Shown one piece after another: positions 42,011 through 55,095 of a stretch of 64,000 bases of DNA. The notes beneath the pieces were generated by a model. The model worked only from the letters and a program-made list of their open reading frames with translations. It was not told where the DNA came from and searched no databases. The stretch spans positions 167,214,001 to 167,278,000 of the forward strand of contig NC_042999.1 in assembly GCF_006345805.1 (NCBI RefSeq), written 5' to 3'. This DNA comes from Octopus sinensis (Eukaryota). Position 1 is the stretch's first letter. Each line of letters opens with the position of its first letter. Position numbers and translations under genes: made by a program.

Positions 42011-42069
42011 TCTAATCTATAAAGCACGATTCATTCGCGATCAGTCGTTCAAAAACCGAGGTACTACTG

Positions 42070-42105
<36 letters not shown>

Positions 42106-42640
42106 GATGTGTGTGTGTGGATGTGTGTGTGTGTGGATGTGTGTGTGTGTGTGCGTGCGAGTGTATGTGTCTTTATCTCTCTGTGTGTATTTAGTCAAAA
42201 TATTCTCAAAATAAGAGATTTCCAACAAGAGTTCGATACGTCCAACTAAACTTACGTCAGATTCTTCACTTTTCACGTTCTCTTAGAATTCCTCGGATCA
42301 TTAATCTCTATTTTTTCCCTATAGTCAAGATGTCATCTGATAAATAACAAATTATTTGAAATGTGCGCTGATTGTCGAAAAGTGTACGTAAATAAAGTTT
42401 TAATAAACGGATTTATCGTATTTGGATAGCTTTGAAAGAAATTTTATAGGAACCCGTGTGTTGAAACCAATATACGTATAACACCGATTCCCGGACACTA
42501 ATGCTCCGGTATCTCTTATAATCCTCATTAATTTGCGAGCAGGATCTGCAGATCCTCGCGGCTGTCAGACTAGTTTTCTGGTACTTTGCATAGACTAGCC
42601 TCTTGTACAGTATTAATAAATTCGTATCATTTATACGAAT

Positions 42641-43041
42641 AGTGGCTGTGTGGTAAGTAGCTTGCTAATCAACCACATGGTTCTGGATTCAGTCCCACTG
42701 CGTGGCAACTTGGGCAAGTGTCTTCTGCTATAGCCCCGGGCCGACCAGTGCCTTGTGAGTGGATTTGGTAGACGGAAACTGAAAGAAGCCTGTCGTATAT
42801 ATATATATATATACATATGTATGTGTGTGTTTGTGTGTCTGTGTTTGTCCCCCTAGCATTGCTTGACCACCGATGCTGGTGTGTTTACGTCCCCGTAACT
42901 TAGCGGTTCGGCAAAAGAGACCGATAGAATAAGTACTGGGCTTACAAAGAATAAGTCCCGGGGTCGATTTGATCGACTAATGGCGGTGTCCCAGCATGGC
43001 CGTAGTCAAATGACTGAAACAAGTAAAAGAGTAAAAGAGTA
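42641..43041 (+). mobile_element. Family B SINE (head slightly truncated)
   Basis: Near-identical to 8634-9048. Confidence 0.92.
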
Positions 43042-43223
43042 TACAGATAGCTGTGTTTCATTAAATTATTTAAATATTTTATTATGGCTTATGGCCATAT
43101 CACGTTGAATGCACTAGTTCTTCTCTGTACACACTGAAACTAAGCAATGTCGAACCATGCTGGTACTTAGATATGTGACCGCTAGGGAAACCTAGTTGCT
43201 GTAGGTATCTCACCTTTTTTGGA

Positions 43224-43598
43224 AGCGCAAGCGTAGCTGTGTGGTTAGAAGTTTGCTTCCTAGCCATATAGCTCGGGGTTCAGTGACTTCTACTATAGCT
43301 TCAGGTCGAGTAAAGCCTTCTGAGTGGATTTGATTGAAGGAAATTGAACGAATCCCGTCGTGTATGTATATCTGCATACGCGCGCGTGCACGTCTGTGTG
43401 TGTGTGTATGCATGTATGTATGTATGTATGTATGTATGTACGTATGTATGTATGTATGTATGTGTGTGTGTGTGTACGTATGTATGTATGTATGTATGTA
43501 TGTATGTATGTATGTATGTGTGTGTGTTTGTGTACGTATGTATGTATGTATGTATGTATGTATGTATGTATGTAGGTATGTATGTATGTATGTATGTA

Positions 43599-43631
<33 letters not shown>

Positions 43632-43895
43632 ATGTATGTATGTATGGATGGATGGATGGAGGGAGGGAGGGGTGTATTTACGTACGTGAGTGTGTGTTTG
43701 TTCCCCACCACCGCTGGTGTTGGTGTGTTTACGTTCCCGTAACTTAGTGTTTCGTCAAAAGTGATCAACGAATAATTACCAAGCTTAATAAGAGAATAAG
43801 TTCTGGGGTCGATTAGTTCGACAAAGATTCCTGAAGGTGGTGCCCCAGCATGGCCGCAGTCTAATGACTGAAACAAGTAAAAGCTAAAATGATAA
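43224..43895 (+). mobile_element. Older family B SINE with ~330-bp internal (TATG)/(TG) expansion
   Basis: Head GCGCAAGCGTAGCTGTGTGG at about 43226, microsatellite 43360-43690, then 3' half and tail. Confidence 0.82.
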
Positions 43896-44134
43896 CATTT
43901 GCATAATTTAAAGTGTGTTGATCCAGGTGTCCACTCCTGGTTCAGAAAAATCAGTAAACCGAAAATGCATAGGAACCGTAAAATCGTTCCTGTATATGCA
44001 TTATTATACTTTGTGAGTTCCGTACTGTCAGAGAATACAATCACTCTTATGGATCATTTCAGTATTAGTTATATTGACAAGAATTCTTCTTAATAGCTAT
44101 AGTCTTCCCGATGATTTCAGATCCTCCACCTAAA

Positions 44135-45862
44135 ATTATCCCAAGTTGTAATAAAATTTGACGAATTACTTTTTTGTAAGTCACAGTATATTTTCAAAAC
44201 TCGCAAGGATAGAGATTAAATAGGTGGCACATGGGTCTCTACCTCGTGAAGGCCAACTCCATAGCAACCTGACTGCAATATGTGTATTGCACTGGCGGGC
44301 TGTCACCAGGAAAGGTATGGCTCAAAAGACGATTTTTTACTCCAAAGGTGAAATTTTGCCACAAAGTTATTTCCTTAACTACTAAAGTACAAGTGATGCT
44401 ACTGAAGTAGTTTGTGGCTCATTAGGAAGTGTTGGAAGTTGCCTTCGATACATGAAGGTGTGTCCTGGATGCCATGCATTGCTAGTGCTGTCTAGGAGGT
44501 AACCCCAGAATTCCATGGTCGGGGCTAATTGTTACAGTGTATCAACTTACCCCAGGCATGTAACAACTTACTCCTTCTATTTCAGTTTAACACGCCATGC
44601 CTAGAAATTACAAAAGGAAGACTACAAGAGGGGATATCCCTCCTGATGTCATGGAAAGAGCTGCCAGAAAAGTTGCGGATGTAAAGAAATCATTACGGGA
44701 TGTTGCGAAAGATTTCGAGATAGGCTCATTAGATATGAAGTTACCGGTATCCCTTGCACTAACCTTTCAAGATGTTAACAGAACGTCAGCTGTTGCGTCA
44801 CGGACCGTCCTGCTCGAAAACAAGCTGAAAACCAGTCCGAGGTGCAGCCAGACAACCGTTCTGACATGTAGCTGGCATGCAGCCAGATAACCAGCCTAAC
44901 TTGGAGCCAGACAACCAGTCAGACGTTCAACCAGGCGACCAGGTCAATGAACGGCAAGACGGTCCGACAGACCATCCTACACCAGGCCCAGGTTTTCCTG
45001 CTGGTGTTGTTACAAACCCAGATATGTTGTGTTCATTAAGGAAGGCTTCACCCAGGAAGACAGGTCGAGGTCGTGGAAGTTGCAAGAGGTGCCAAATAGC
45101 CATTATAACCCTAACCACTGTAAAACAGCGCACAGTGGATGAAATAAACGAACGGAAACCCAAACCAAAGAAGGCAACTGGTACAGAAAAGGCAAGAAAA
45201 GGGAAGGGAAAGTCAACTAAAACAGGTAAAAGCAAAGGGAAGCAGCCTCACAGCAAGCAAGTTGTCGATTGGAAATGCTTGTCCGCTCAGATTGGTATCT
45301 GATCTCCATTCCTGGTAAAGAATGTGTGCAATGCACGATCTGTAAAGACTGGACACACACTGACTGTACCGATGGACGACAGGACTTTCTGTGTGATCTG
45401 TGTGGTGAGGAGTTAATGGAGGACGATTTCGACTAGATGGTACATGTAACAATAGGGAAATTGGCTGATGAGGATTCTCAGTATCACAGTTAGGATATGA
45501 GGTGGTTCAAAGCACAGTTAATTAATTAAAATAATACTTCCTAGATGCAAGAAGCAGGAGACGTATTCATTTTGAACCTTTTGTTAACATAACTCCGAGT
45601 TATCGACAGTTGTAACAAAGTACCCCAGTAAGTGCCACAATGTACCCCGCACTCGGGAAAAATTGTTACAGTTGACACCACCTCATTAATTAGAACCTAT
45701 CTAATTAATGTTATGTAATTTCTGTGAGGTTTTTTTGCTGGTGATAACAATAAATAGAGATGTTTTACTAATTAAATCTGAGAAGAAACTTCAGTTGTGT
45801 TCGTTAATGCGGGTGTCAAGGCAGAAAAATGAAAAAATGTAACAAGTAGACCCAGTCTCCCC
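44135..45862 (+). mobile_element. Internally deleted pogo-like DNA transposon (psq-type HTH, no DDE, C-terminal PHD-like finger)
   Basis: MPRNYKRKT..MERAARKV..SLRDVAKDFEI at 44597; CVQCTICKDWTHTDC..FLCDLC near 45325-45400. Subterminal TGTAACAA..TACCCC repeats and right terminus CCCAGTCTCCCC. Left end uncertain. Confidence 0.7.
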
Positions 45863-45888
45863 CAATAAATAGAATTTATTTACTGACT

Positions 45889-46290
45889 GTGGAGGCGCAA
45901 TGGCCCAGTGGTTAGGGCAGCGGACTCGCGGTCATAGGATCGCGGTTTCGATTCCCAGACCGGGCGTTGTGAGTGTTTATTGAGCGAAAACACCTAAAAG
46001 CTCCACGAGGCTCCGGCAGGGGATGGTGGTGATCCCTGCTGTACTCTTTCACCACAACTTTCTCTCACTCTTACTTCCTGTTTCTGTTGTACCTGTATTT
46101 CAAAGGGCCGGCCTTGTCACTCTCTGTGTCACGCTGAATATCCCCGAGAACTACGTTAAGGGTACACGTGTCTGTGGAGTGCTCAGCCACTTACACGTTA
46201 ATTTCACGAGCAGGTTGTTCCGTTGATTCGGATCAACCGGAACCCTCGTCGTCGTAACCGACGGAGTGCTTAAGAAGAAGAAGAAGGAGA
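45889..46290 (+). mobile_element. Family A SINE (copy 3) with (AAG)n tail and 11-bp TSD
   Basis: TSD ATTTACTGACT at 45878-45888 and 46291-46301. Confidence 0.94.
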
Positions 46291-46804
46291 ATTTACTGAC
46301 TAAGAAATATTCATAAAACATGTCAAGTTTAAATAATTAAATTGGATTAAATTTAAATTGTAGTAATTGATGCCGAAAAGTATCATACGAGTAGTACATG
46401 TTTAAACTTTTAAACTAAGCGGATATAAACTAAAAATGTCCTAAATATATAAAAATGCATAAAAATGTTATTGCCGCAGATTAGCTCTATGTCAGCTCTG
46501 ACGGAGAGAGCCTACAACCAAACACGTTGTAGCGTTGGCACAGGCTTTATTTTTTTTTCACTAGCTATAGTGTATCTATAACTATACTCTCCAATATATT
46601 TTTCCTTTAATCCATGAAAAATATAAAATAAAAAGAAGAGAAAGAAAAAGAAATCGATAGGATATTATTTCAGGTTAATTTGGCTGATATTTTTAGCAAG
46701 TCGAGCAACGGCTTAGTGTTTCCTTCCTTTTTAGTCGGTGGTGAACGCAAATATGCAGAGTAAGTATATAAAACTATTCTAATATACTTCAATATTTCTC
46801 TATT

Positions 46805-46809
46805 TAGAC

Positions 46810-46844
<35 letters not shown>

Positions 46845-46998
46845 CACACACATACACACACACACACACATACACACATACACACACACATACACACACA
46901 TACACACACACACACATACACACACACACATACACACACACACACACACACAACACACACACACGCACACACACACACATACACACACACACACACAA
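46805..46998. repeat. (CA)n microsatellite
   Basis: Directly visible. Confidence 0.97.
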
Positions 46999-47199
46999 AT
47001 ATGCATGCAGACATTAGTTTGTCTATTATTCTTAAATCTACAACAAAATGCTTGTAGGTTTTTCGGAATACACAGCCATTTGGAAATCGATCAAATTATC
47101 ATAGATCAACGATCAGAAGCTTTGTACAGTTTAGCAAAGCGTTCAACTAATATATTTGAAGCATATAGTATACCTGGCACCTTAAAGACTCTCTACAAA

Positions 47200-48060
47200 G
47201 ATACTGTAACTTAAGTTTTATCACTTGATATTTATATAAAATTCTTTGAGATCCTGGTGGGATTACAAGATGACTCTTGTACCTTCCCTGTTCCTTGTGG
47301 CCTTTACAATATCAAATGAATAAATTGGCTTCCCAATGGTTTCCCACCCCAAAAAGCAGATGACATTCTGCAATGACTATAGCTGGTGCAAATTATATAG
47401 ATAGTATAGCCCTTACTTCTAATACTATCAAGGAAGCTCCACTACTATTTCAACCAGTTGAAAACATTGCAAAACAGATACGACATGTCAATGACGATAA
47501 GATTGAGTTTATGATTATCAATCAGCTAAAAAGTAAAGCACATATCATCAAAGTGGTGCAAACCGGAAATCTGTTGACTCCAAATAGTTTTGATATCGAC
47601 TCAAAGGGAGACAATGAAGTAAGAATTGAAATGGTAAGGATATCAATGAGTAAGATATGCACAATATGTGAGTCAAATCTATCAAATGACCTCGAAACAC
47701 AGTTTCGGAGAACTACTGTAGAAAGTATATTAATATATGCATCTCGATGCTGGACATTTACGAAAGTGATAGAAAGCAGACGAAATGGAATATATATATC
47801 AAGGTGTTAAGGAAGGCGAAGAATGTTTCTTGAGAGCAACATCAAACAACGCAGATTTAAGTTTGTGGGACACAGTTGGTGAGGAAAAAACGAAGTGCTA
47901 CTTCAACTATTACTATGATAAAAGAAAGAGAAGCAGACCTTGTCGAACATATGTGAAATAGCTGCGGGAAGACAAACCTTAAAAAACTGTGTTGCAACGT
48001 TTATGGAGTACAGGGAAGCGTGAAGGACACTTGTCAATGAGACTGGAGTTTACTCGTCAT

Positions 48061-48062
<2 letters not shown>
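47200..48062 (+). pseudogene. Decayed RTE-clade LINE 3' portion (RT)
   Basis: ANYIDSIALTSNTIKEA.LL..VE (YADDIALLS-like), RTTVESILIYASRCWTFT (VESVLLYG.E.WTLT-like); ends at (TA)n. Confidence 0.75.
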
Positions 48063-48095
<33 letters not shown>

Positions 48096-48098
<3 letters not shown>

Positions 48099-49118
48099 CG
48101 AACTCCGCACTCAACTCATACTAGCGATAATTCTAATTTAAACTCCAAACAACGTATAGGAAATAGGCGAACTAATAGAATAGCACACAATAGTAACCCT
48201 CCCGACGAGAGCAATATAGATCCTATTAGGAGAAATAGAAGGGATAATAGTAGATTACGCAAATATATATGGTTCAACATACCATACAACTTAGCAATTA
48301 GGGGTAAGTTATGTAAGAGAATATTCTCTATCATTTCCAACAACTTCCCACCCACCCATAAGTATAGAAGTATCTTTTCCAACAAAACCATTAGGATTTC
48401 CTACTCTACCCTGCCCAACATGAGCTGCCTCATAGCTAAACATAACTATATTAATATTAGAACAGCTAGATCAAGAGCAAGCTATAGCGACCAACCGAAC
48501 CCCCCTCATCCAGATAGTAGACAATATAATCAGACTGGCAGCCATATTACCCAAACAGTTAGTAATAACACCCGCCAACACAACAGAGGCAATACTACAC
48601 CCATCAACAACCAGGAGGATATCAACGCCCCCACTCGTATTGCAACACCTCCTCCTGGGATTAGCAGCACACGACAGAATAATGCAATGCACTGCAACTG
48701 CATATGTGCATCCGAGTGTCCGCTACAGGGCGCATGTAGGGCGAAAAACGTAATATATTCATGTGAGGTGAGTACCCAGTTTAACACACTCACCTATATA
48801 GGTTGCTCAACCTCCTGGAAATCCAGATACTACAACCACCGGTCCTCGCTGAAACACAGACATAAGGCTAACAGCACCTCCCTTTCTAAAAAAATTTGGG
48901 AATTAAAAGACAAATGCATAGGCTTCAAACTCAGGTGGTCCATCATCGGATCAGCTGCACCTTATTTAAATAATAGAGCAGGATGCCAACTATGTTGTGT
49001 AGACCTCCTGAACATCTTGAAATTCAAAGACAAACACAATCTTATTAACAAAAGGTCAGAGTTCAAACCATCCTGTATACACAAACTTATTAATACTTTC
49101 AAATACTACAAAGCTTAG
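48096..49118 (+). CDS. 5'-truncated PLE ORF: post-RT linker plus C-terminal GIY-YIG endonuclease (340 stop-free codons)
   Basis: The frame is open from the (TA)n boundary, upstream of the track's ATG at 48420: RKYIWFNIPYN..NFPPTHKYRSIF..ISYSTLPNM..HN..CNC..CPLQGAC..VIY..YIG..RYYNH..CQLC..NKRSE..CIH. Confidence 0.85.
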
Positions 49119-50880
49119 GCTATTATACCAACACCCCCATGCAATTTCCTCCCACCCGGTGCAACCTGTCGGCTCCAGCACATCCCGCTTTCCTATATGT
49201 GCGTGTATATGTGTATATGTGTGCGTGTATATATATGTATGTGCACATATGTGTATGTATATGTATATATATATATATATATATATTTGTGTGTGTGTGT
49301 GTGTGTTCCCCGCATTTTCCTCCTATATATACACATTTTGTCTTCCATATATGTCTTCTTTTCCCTACATATTTCTTCTCCTACACCCATATCCTTCCTA
49401 TATAGTCTCTTTATTTCCCTATATCTATACCCTTTCACATTTCTAACTCGGATGTTGAACGCACACCGCCAAACTCCACTTCCCACCCTTCCAATTTTCA
49501 GTTCCCCCCGCCCGCCCCTACGTGGGCACCTTTAACACACACCTCTAACTTTCAACCACCTTCATCTCATGTTTTATTTTATTTTATTTTTATTTTGCTT
49601 TATCCTATTCTACTTCGCTTTACCTTTATTCTCATTTTTATTTTCATCCCTTACCTTAACTCTTATAATTTTTATAATTTTTATATTTCATTTCTAACTT
49701 TTACATTGTATTTCTTATTTTATATTGTATTTCTTATTTTTATTTCTAATTTTTACTCTTACCCTCATTCTTACCCCTAACTTATCGCTTTATATCTCTA
49801 TATATGTCTATTTTTTTTGCTTATCCCTTATTTACTTACCTATGGATCCGCTTTATGATTATACGAGCGTCCGTGTACGTATGTATACGTATACATATGT
49901 GTACATATGTACGAGTAAGCATCTACGTCTGGATGTGCATACCCCGTATTTCTTTACATTTTTTTACATGTTTTCTTATATTCATATGTTTACACCTATT
50001 TGTATACATCTTTTAATATCTTATAGCTATACCCATATGCGCGTATGTCTCTGTGTGTGTATGTAAGTGTATATGTGCACGCACATATGGACACACAGCC
50101 GTGTGTGCGTGCACGTGTAGACGTGAGTGCGTGATTCTTTACATACGTTCTTATATACATCCTTTAATATCTTATATCTAAACCTGGAAGCGTGGGCATA
50201 TGTGTATGTGTATGTAAGGATGGACGCACGTATGTATATATGGGTGTGTACACGTATAATGTCCGTGTATATATGCGGATATTCTGTTGTATGTATGTAT
50301 ATATACGCGCGTGCGTGTGGGTGTATGTGTGTTTATGTACATGTTTACACGTGAGTGCGTGTGTATGCTTATAGGCTTGGAGCCGTGTAGGCGCGCGTAT
50401 ATGTGCGCGTGTATATGGATGTATGTATCCATGATGGTATGTATGTACAAGATGACCAATTAATTCAAAGAACTAGATTAAAGGCTCAACAGCTCTGATT
50501 TACAACACACTAGGTCCCCAGACGACCCTGTTGATTTATTGACACCCAAAACGTCTACAACTAAATTTTATCAATCTCCTGACCACCATGTTTGGTCCGT
50601 AACCTCTATACATCCCTTATCTTTATATTTTTTTACATTTTTATCATGATTATTCCTATTTTTATTTTATTTTTTTACCTTTTACTTTTATTTCTATTTC
50701 TATTTTTACTTTATAACCTTATGCCTTTACATTCATTTATATTTCTTTATATTCTTTATATCCCCTTTACATCTCCTTATATCCCTTTATATCTTTATAC
50801 TCTACATTTTTATATTTTTCTATACTTACACTTTTTATACATTTTTTATCCCTCGTCCTGAATTCTCGCCCCTCCATCTT
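49119..50880 (+). mobile_element. PLE 3' non-coding / pseudo-LTR region with embedded microsatellite-like tracts
   Basis: Pyrimidine-skewed sequence continuous with the ORF; the right boundary is uncertain. Confidence 0.5.
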
Positions 50881-51072
50881 CACGTCTATATATGTATTTA
50901 TTTATTTACATTACTTCAACATCCAAATTTCCTCATTCTACATTGAGAGAAGAAAGAGATGGACGCTTCAATTCTATGCTGTTGCCGCATTATGTCGTAC
51001 GCGAATGAGAGGATTTGCATCCCCAACCAAGAATTTTTGATGTAACACATGTCCTTGTGGAAGCTGTTGTGC

Positions 51073-51150
51073 GCGGCTGAAGAAGGCCACAGACATACAT
51101 TATGCATTGTTATAAATCTGTCTAATAAAGGCCCGAAACATATGTACCGC
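51073..51150 (+). ncRNA. Type-I hammerhead ribozyme motif, nearly intact
   Basis: Stem I GCGG/CCGC; core CTGAAGA; stem II GGCC/GGCC with long loop; GAAA; palindromic stem III (ACATATGT); GTA cleavage triplet ending at 51146. Confidence 0.75.
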
Positions 51151-51182
51151 TGAATCCTTGGCATCATGTTTTTATTTTGATC

Positions 51183-51246
<64 letters not shown>

Positions 51247-51251
<5 letters not shown>

Positions 51252-51640
51252 CGCAGGAGTGGCTGTGTGGTAAGTAGCTTGGTAACCAACCACATGGTTC
51301 CGTGGCATCTTGGGCAAGTGTCTTCTGCTATAGCCCCGGGCCGACCAATGCCTTGTGAGTGGATTTGGTAGACGGAAACTGAAAGAAGCCTGTCGTATAT
51401 ATGTATATATATATGTATGTGTGTGTGTGTGTGTTTGTGTTTGTCCCCCTAGCATTGCTTGACCACCGATGCTGGTGTGTTTACGTCCCCGTAACTTAGC
51501 GGTTCGGCAAAAGAGACCGATAGAATAAGTACTGGGCTTACAAAGAATAAGTCCCGGGGTCGATTTGCTCGACTAAAGGTCGTGCTCCAGCATGGCCGCA
51601 GTCAAATGACTGAAACAAGTAAAAGAGTAAAAGAGTAAAG
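51247..51640 (+). mobile_element. Family B SINE inserted in (TA)n, with a small deletion in the head
   Basis: Matches 8634-9048 but lacks the GGTTCAGTCCCACTGC segment. Confidence 0.92.
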
Positions 51641-51655
51641 ATATATATATGTATG

Positions 51656-51686
<31 letters not shown>

Positions 51687-52723
51687 ATAGTGGGGTGGAT
51701 GTATGCTTGTGTATGTATGTGTGAGTGTATGTGTAATTAAGTAATGTTGTTTTAATTGAGATTGCACAACAATCAACACCAATGTTCAGTGCTTTTAAAC
51801 CCTTATATATCCTAATTTCAATCGAGTATTAAACATAAATTTGTCCTCCAGTTTCAGTTTGCTTTGTTTAATATATGTTTTCTCATGCATGATTGGCTCA
51901 CCTAACGAAAATTACCTTCAACGTTTTTATAGTGCGTCCCGGCTCGCTTCTAAAATAAATGTTGCCAATATCTGGTCTACATCATAATATATTACTTTAA
52001 TCTCGCATTCCTCTCTGGATAACCGATTCTATTCTGCCAACTGGACCACCACCACCAACATCAAATTGGTCAACGCTCTTCCCTCCGCTGGTGCGAGCGG
52101 TTACCCTGTATCTTCAGGAGTCTGAAAAGTTCACGGACTAGGGATCGGGAAATCTTGGCATGGCACCCGTGCTGTATAATTGTGGAGTCTTCTTATTACA
52201 TAGGCCAACTATTTCAATCTCCCGCCCCTCATTACTTCGGTAATAATATCTATCATACGGAAAGCTTTTCTTCTGGAATTTTTTTTTATTTTCCAACTGT
52301 ATCATAAGATCTCTAGAGTAGATTGTATACTCCACTTTTCAAAAACCTTGGGTAGTATCACAGAATGCAGTAATATTTTCAGTTCGTTATGCTAAATATA
52401 CACTTAGAAATCCACACTAACACAGCCTGAAAATGTAGCTATTTAGTTGCCTAATAGCCATACTAGTTAGGATTTAACATTACAATGAACTTGGTTTCGT
52501 TCACTTCTCGTCTTGTGGTTCCGAGAAGAGAATTGACGTTCACCGTCACTCCGCGCTACATAGTCTCAGCTAACAGATCAAATATCGAGCAGTAGTACTT
52601 CCTGTACAACGCTTCAACAATTGCGCTTGCGGGGTATAACTCATGTTAAAGGAGGCAGATAGGTCTGACTTAATCTCTTCCTCATGGTAAACTAGCTTAC
52701 TCCTCTTTTATTTATATTTACTA

Positions 52724-53206
52724 CTAGCAGTATCGCCCGGCGTTGCTCGGGTTTGTAAGGGAAATAACTATATAAGCATTTTTAGAGCTTTCTTAGCCAT
52801 TTCTGTTTTGGTGTCTTCAAGCCATGAAGTCGTTGTTCTAAAAGAACGCTGGTCTCCTTGACAACGCTTTACAACGTTGATTTCCTTACACTCCCTTCCC
52901 AACAGCTTCACGAGGGAGGGAAGAAGGGGGAGAAGCAAACAGGTGCAGGTGTGACCACGGACGCCAACTCCGCCGCCATCGACACACGAAAAATTATGCA
53001 TTAAAATGGAATAAAAAATGATGTTAAATTATTTTTAAAATTGTAGACTCATCGTAGACGCGCGCTAATAGCCAGACGGGCTCGATATGAATCATGACTA
53101 TAAGATACCCGAATTTGGTTAAACTGCACCGCAAAATGTGGGAGTAGTTAGGAATCTAAATCGAAGGGGACAGACACTCACACAACTACAGTTTTATATA
53201 TATAGA
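52724..53206 (-). mobile_element. Complete 483-bp non-autonomous Helitron
   Basis: Minus strand A|TCTATATATAAAAC ... CCCGAGCAACGCCGGG hairpin (52736-52751) ... CTAG|T: canonical termini in an AT target. Confidence 0.85.
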
Positions 53207-53599
53207 TTTGCCGACATAGATTAGTACTATATTTGGATTGCATGGACTCATTTTAATATTAATAAAATATATTAGGAACAGAGGCAGTATAAATACTGAG
53301 GGGTAATATCCCCACTTAAACGTGCATGTTCTGTTAGAACAACCTATACTGCGATAGATACCACAAGAGAAACTCTCATATTGGTTTTCGGTGCAAAATG
53401 CACTCTTGTTTATATTTTGAAATCCCTGTCATCTTCAGTGCCGAGACCACCAGATCATGTGATTTCGATCTTCTTTGGCCATGTCAATGATGGACGCTCA
53501 AACGCGACTCATCTCCTTGCCAGCAATATATAGAAAAAGTGCCGGAAGAGACACTAGTGTCGCGATTAGCCAGTGCGCTTGCTAAAAATATATGAATAT

Positions 53600-54155
<556 letters not shown>

Positions 54156-54159
54156 AGAT

Positions 54160-54345
54160 CGCTAGCCACTAAACATTTTTTATTTTCTCTCCTTGTTTAT
54201 TTCTGCGTTCCTTTCTGCCGAAGAGCGTAACCTCGAAACGAAAAAGACTTTCTCACTTCCCGAGCGTTAAACTAATACATATGTTTGTTATTGACACACA
54301 CGTCTTCGTCTTCTGTTTTTTATTTTTATTTTTGTATATTCTCAC
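54160..54345 (+). mobile_element. Family E short PLE-associated repeat with hammerhead-like motif
   Basis: Between TA runs; motif at 54211-54246. Confidence 0.65.
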
Positions 54346-54959
54346 TATATATATATATATAAAACAATATCGTTTTCAACACACGTTTTCACATCAGGCA
54401 TCTTGCAAAACAAATTCATAAATATAATAATATATTTGATAATTTTCCATAACATCAGGGAAACTGTATTCCTGTAGTCAAACATGCAGCTGTGCCATCC
54501 TTTTCATTATTCTATTGTTTTGTTACTGCTAAGAAAATTTGTTTATATATTTTTGTATTTCATCACAGTTCTTAGATTCCAGCAAAGTCTTGTTTGTACT
54601 GACACATGCTTTTAGCCGTGCTCTCGCTCTTCATCACTACATTTCTCTCACGTCTTTCAATTAAAAGACATGCCTAACATTTTTACGTTAACACTGCTTT
54701 ACTCTGGAACCTCTACTTGAAAACATGATACCTACTAGAATAAATCTGGAGGAATTTAAAGAAAATATTAGCTGTATTAAATTAACCCAGCCTCTTTCCA
54801 TCACTACTTTCATTTATATGAGACGTCCTTTTCAAGGCAGCCTCCACGAATTGTGACATCAACTCGTCTCGAATATAATTAAAAATCAGCAACGTTGTAA
54901 AATCACTTAACTGTTGTAGAAAGCTACTGATGATGTCTACAGTGCGTGAAGTGCAGCGA

Positions 54960-55095
54960 GACGATGGTGGTGGTGGTGGTGGTGATGATGATGATGATGG
55001 GGGCGGGGTTGATGATGATGATGCTGATGGTGGTGGGGTTGGGTGATGATGAGGATGAGGATGGTGGTCATGGTGGCGATGATGATGGTGATGTT
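54960..55095. repeat. (GGT)/(GAT) trinucleotide repeat
   Basis: Directly visible. Confidence 0.9.

Noticed and set aside
51880-52660. Cluster of CCAAT, CRE-like and ETS-like motifs
   Set aside because: Short motifs expected by chance, interleaved with a probable mariner relic; no start-site evidence.
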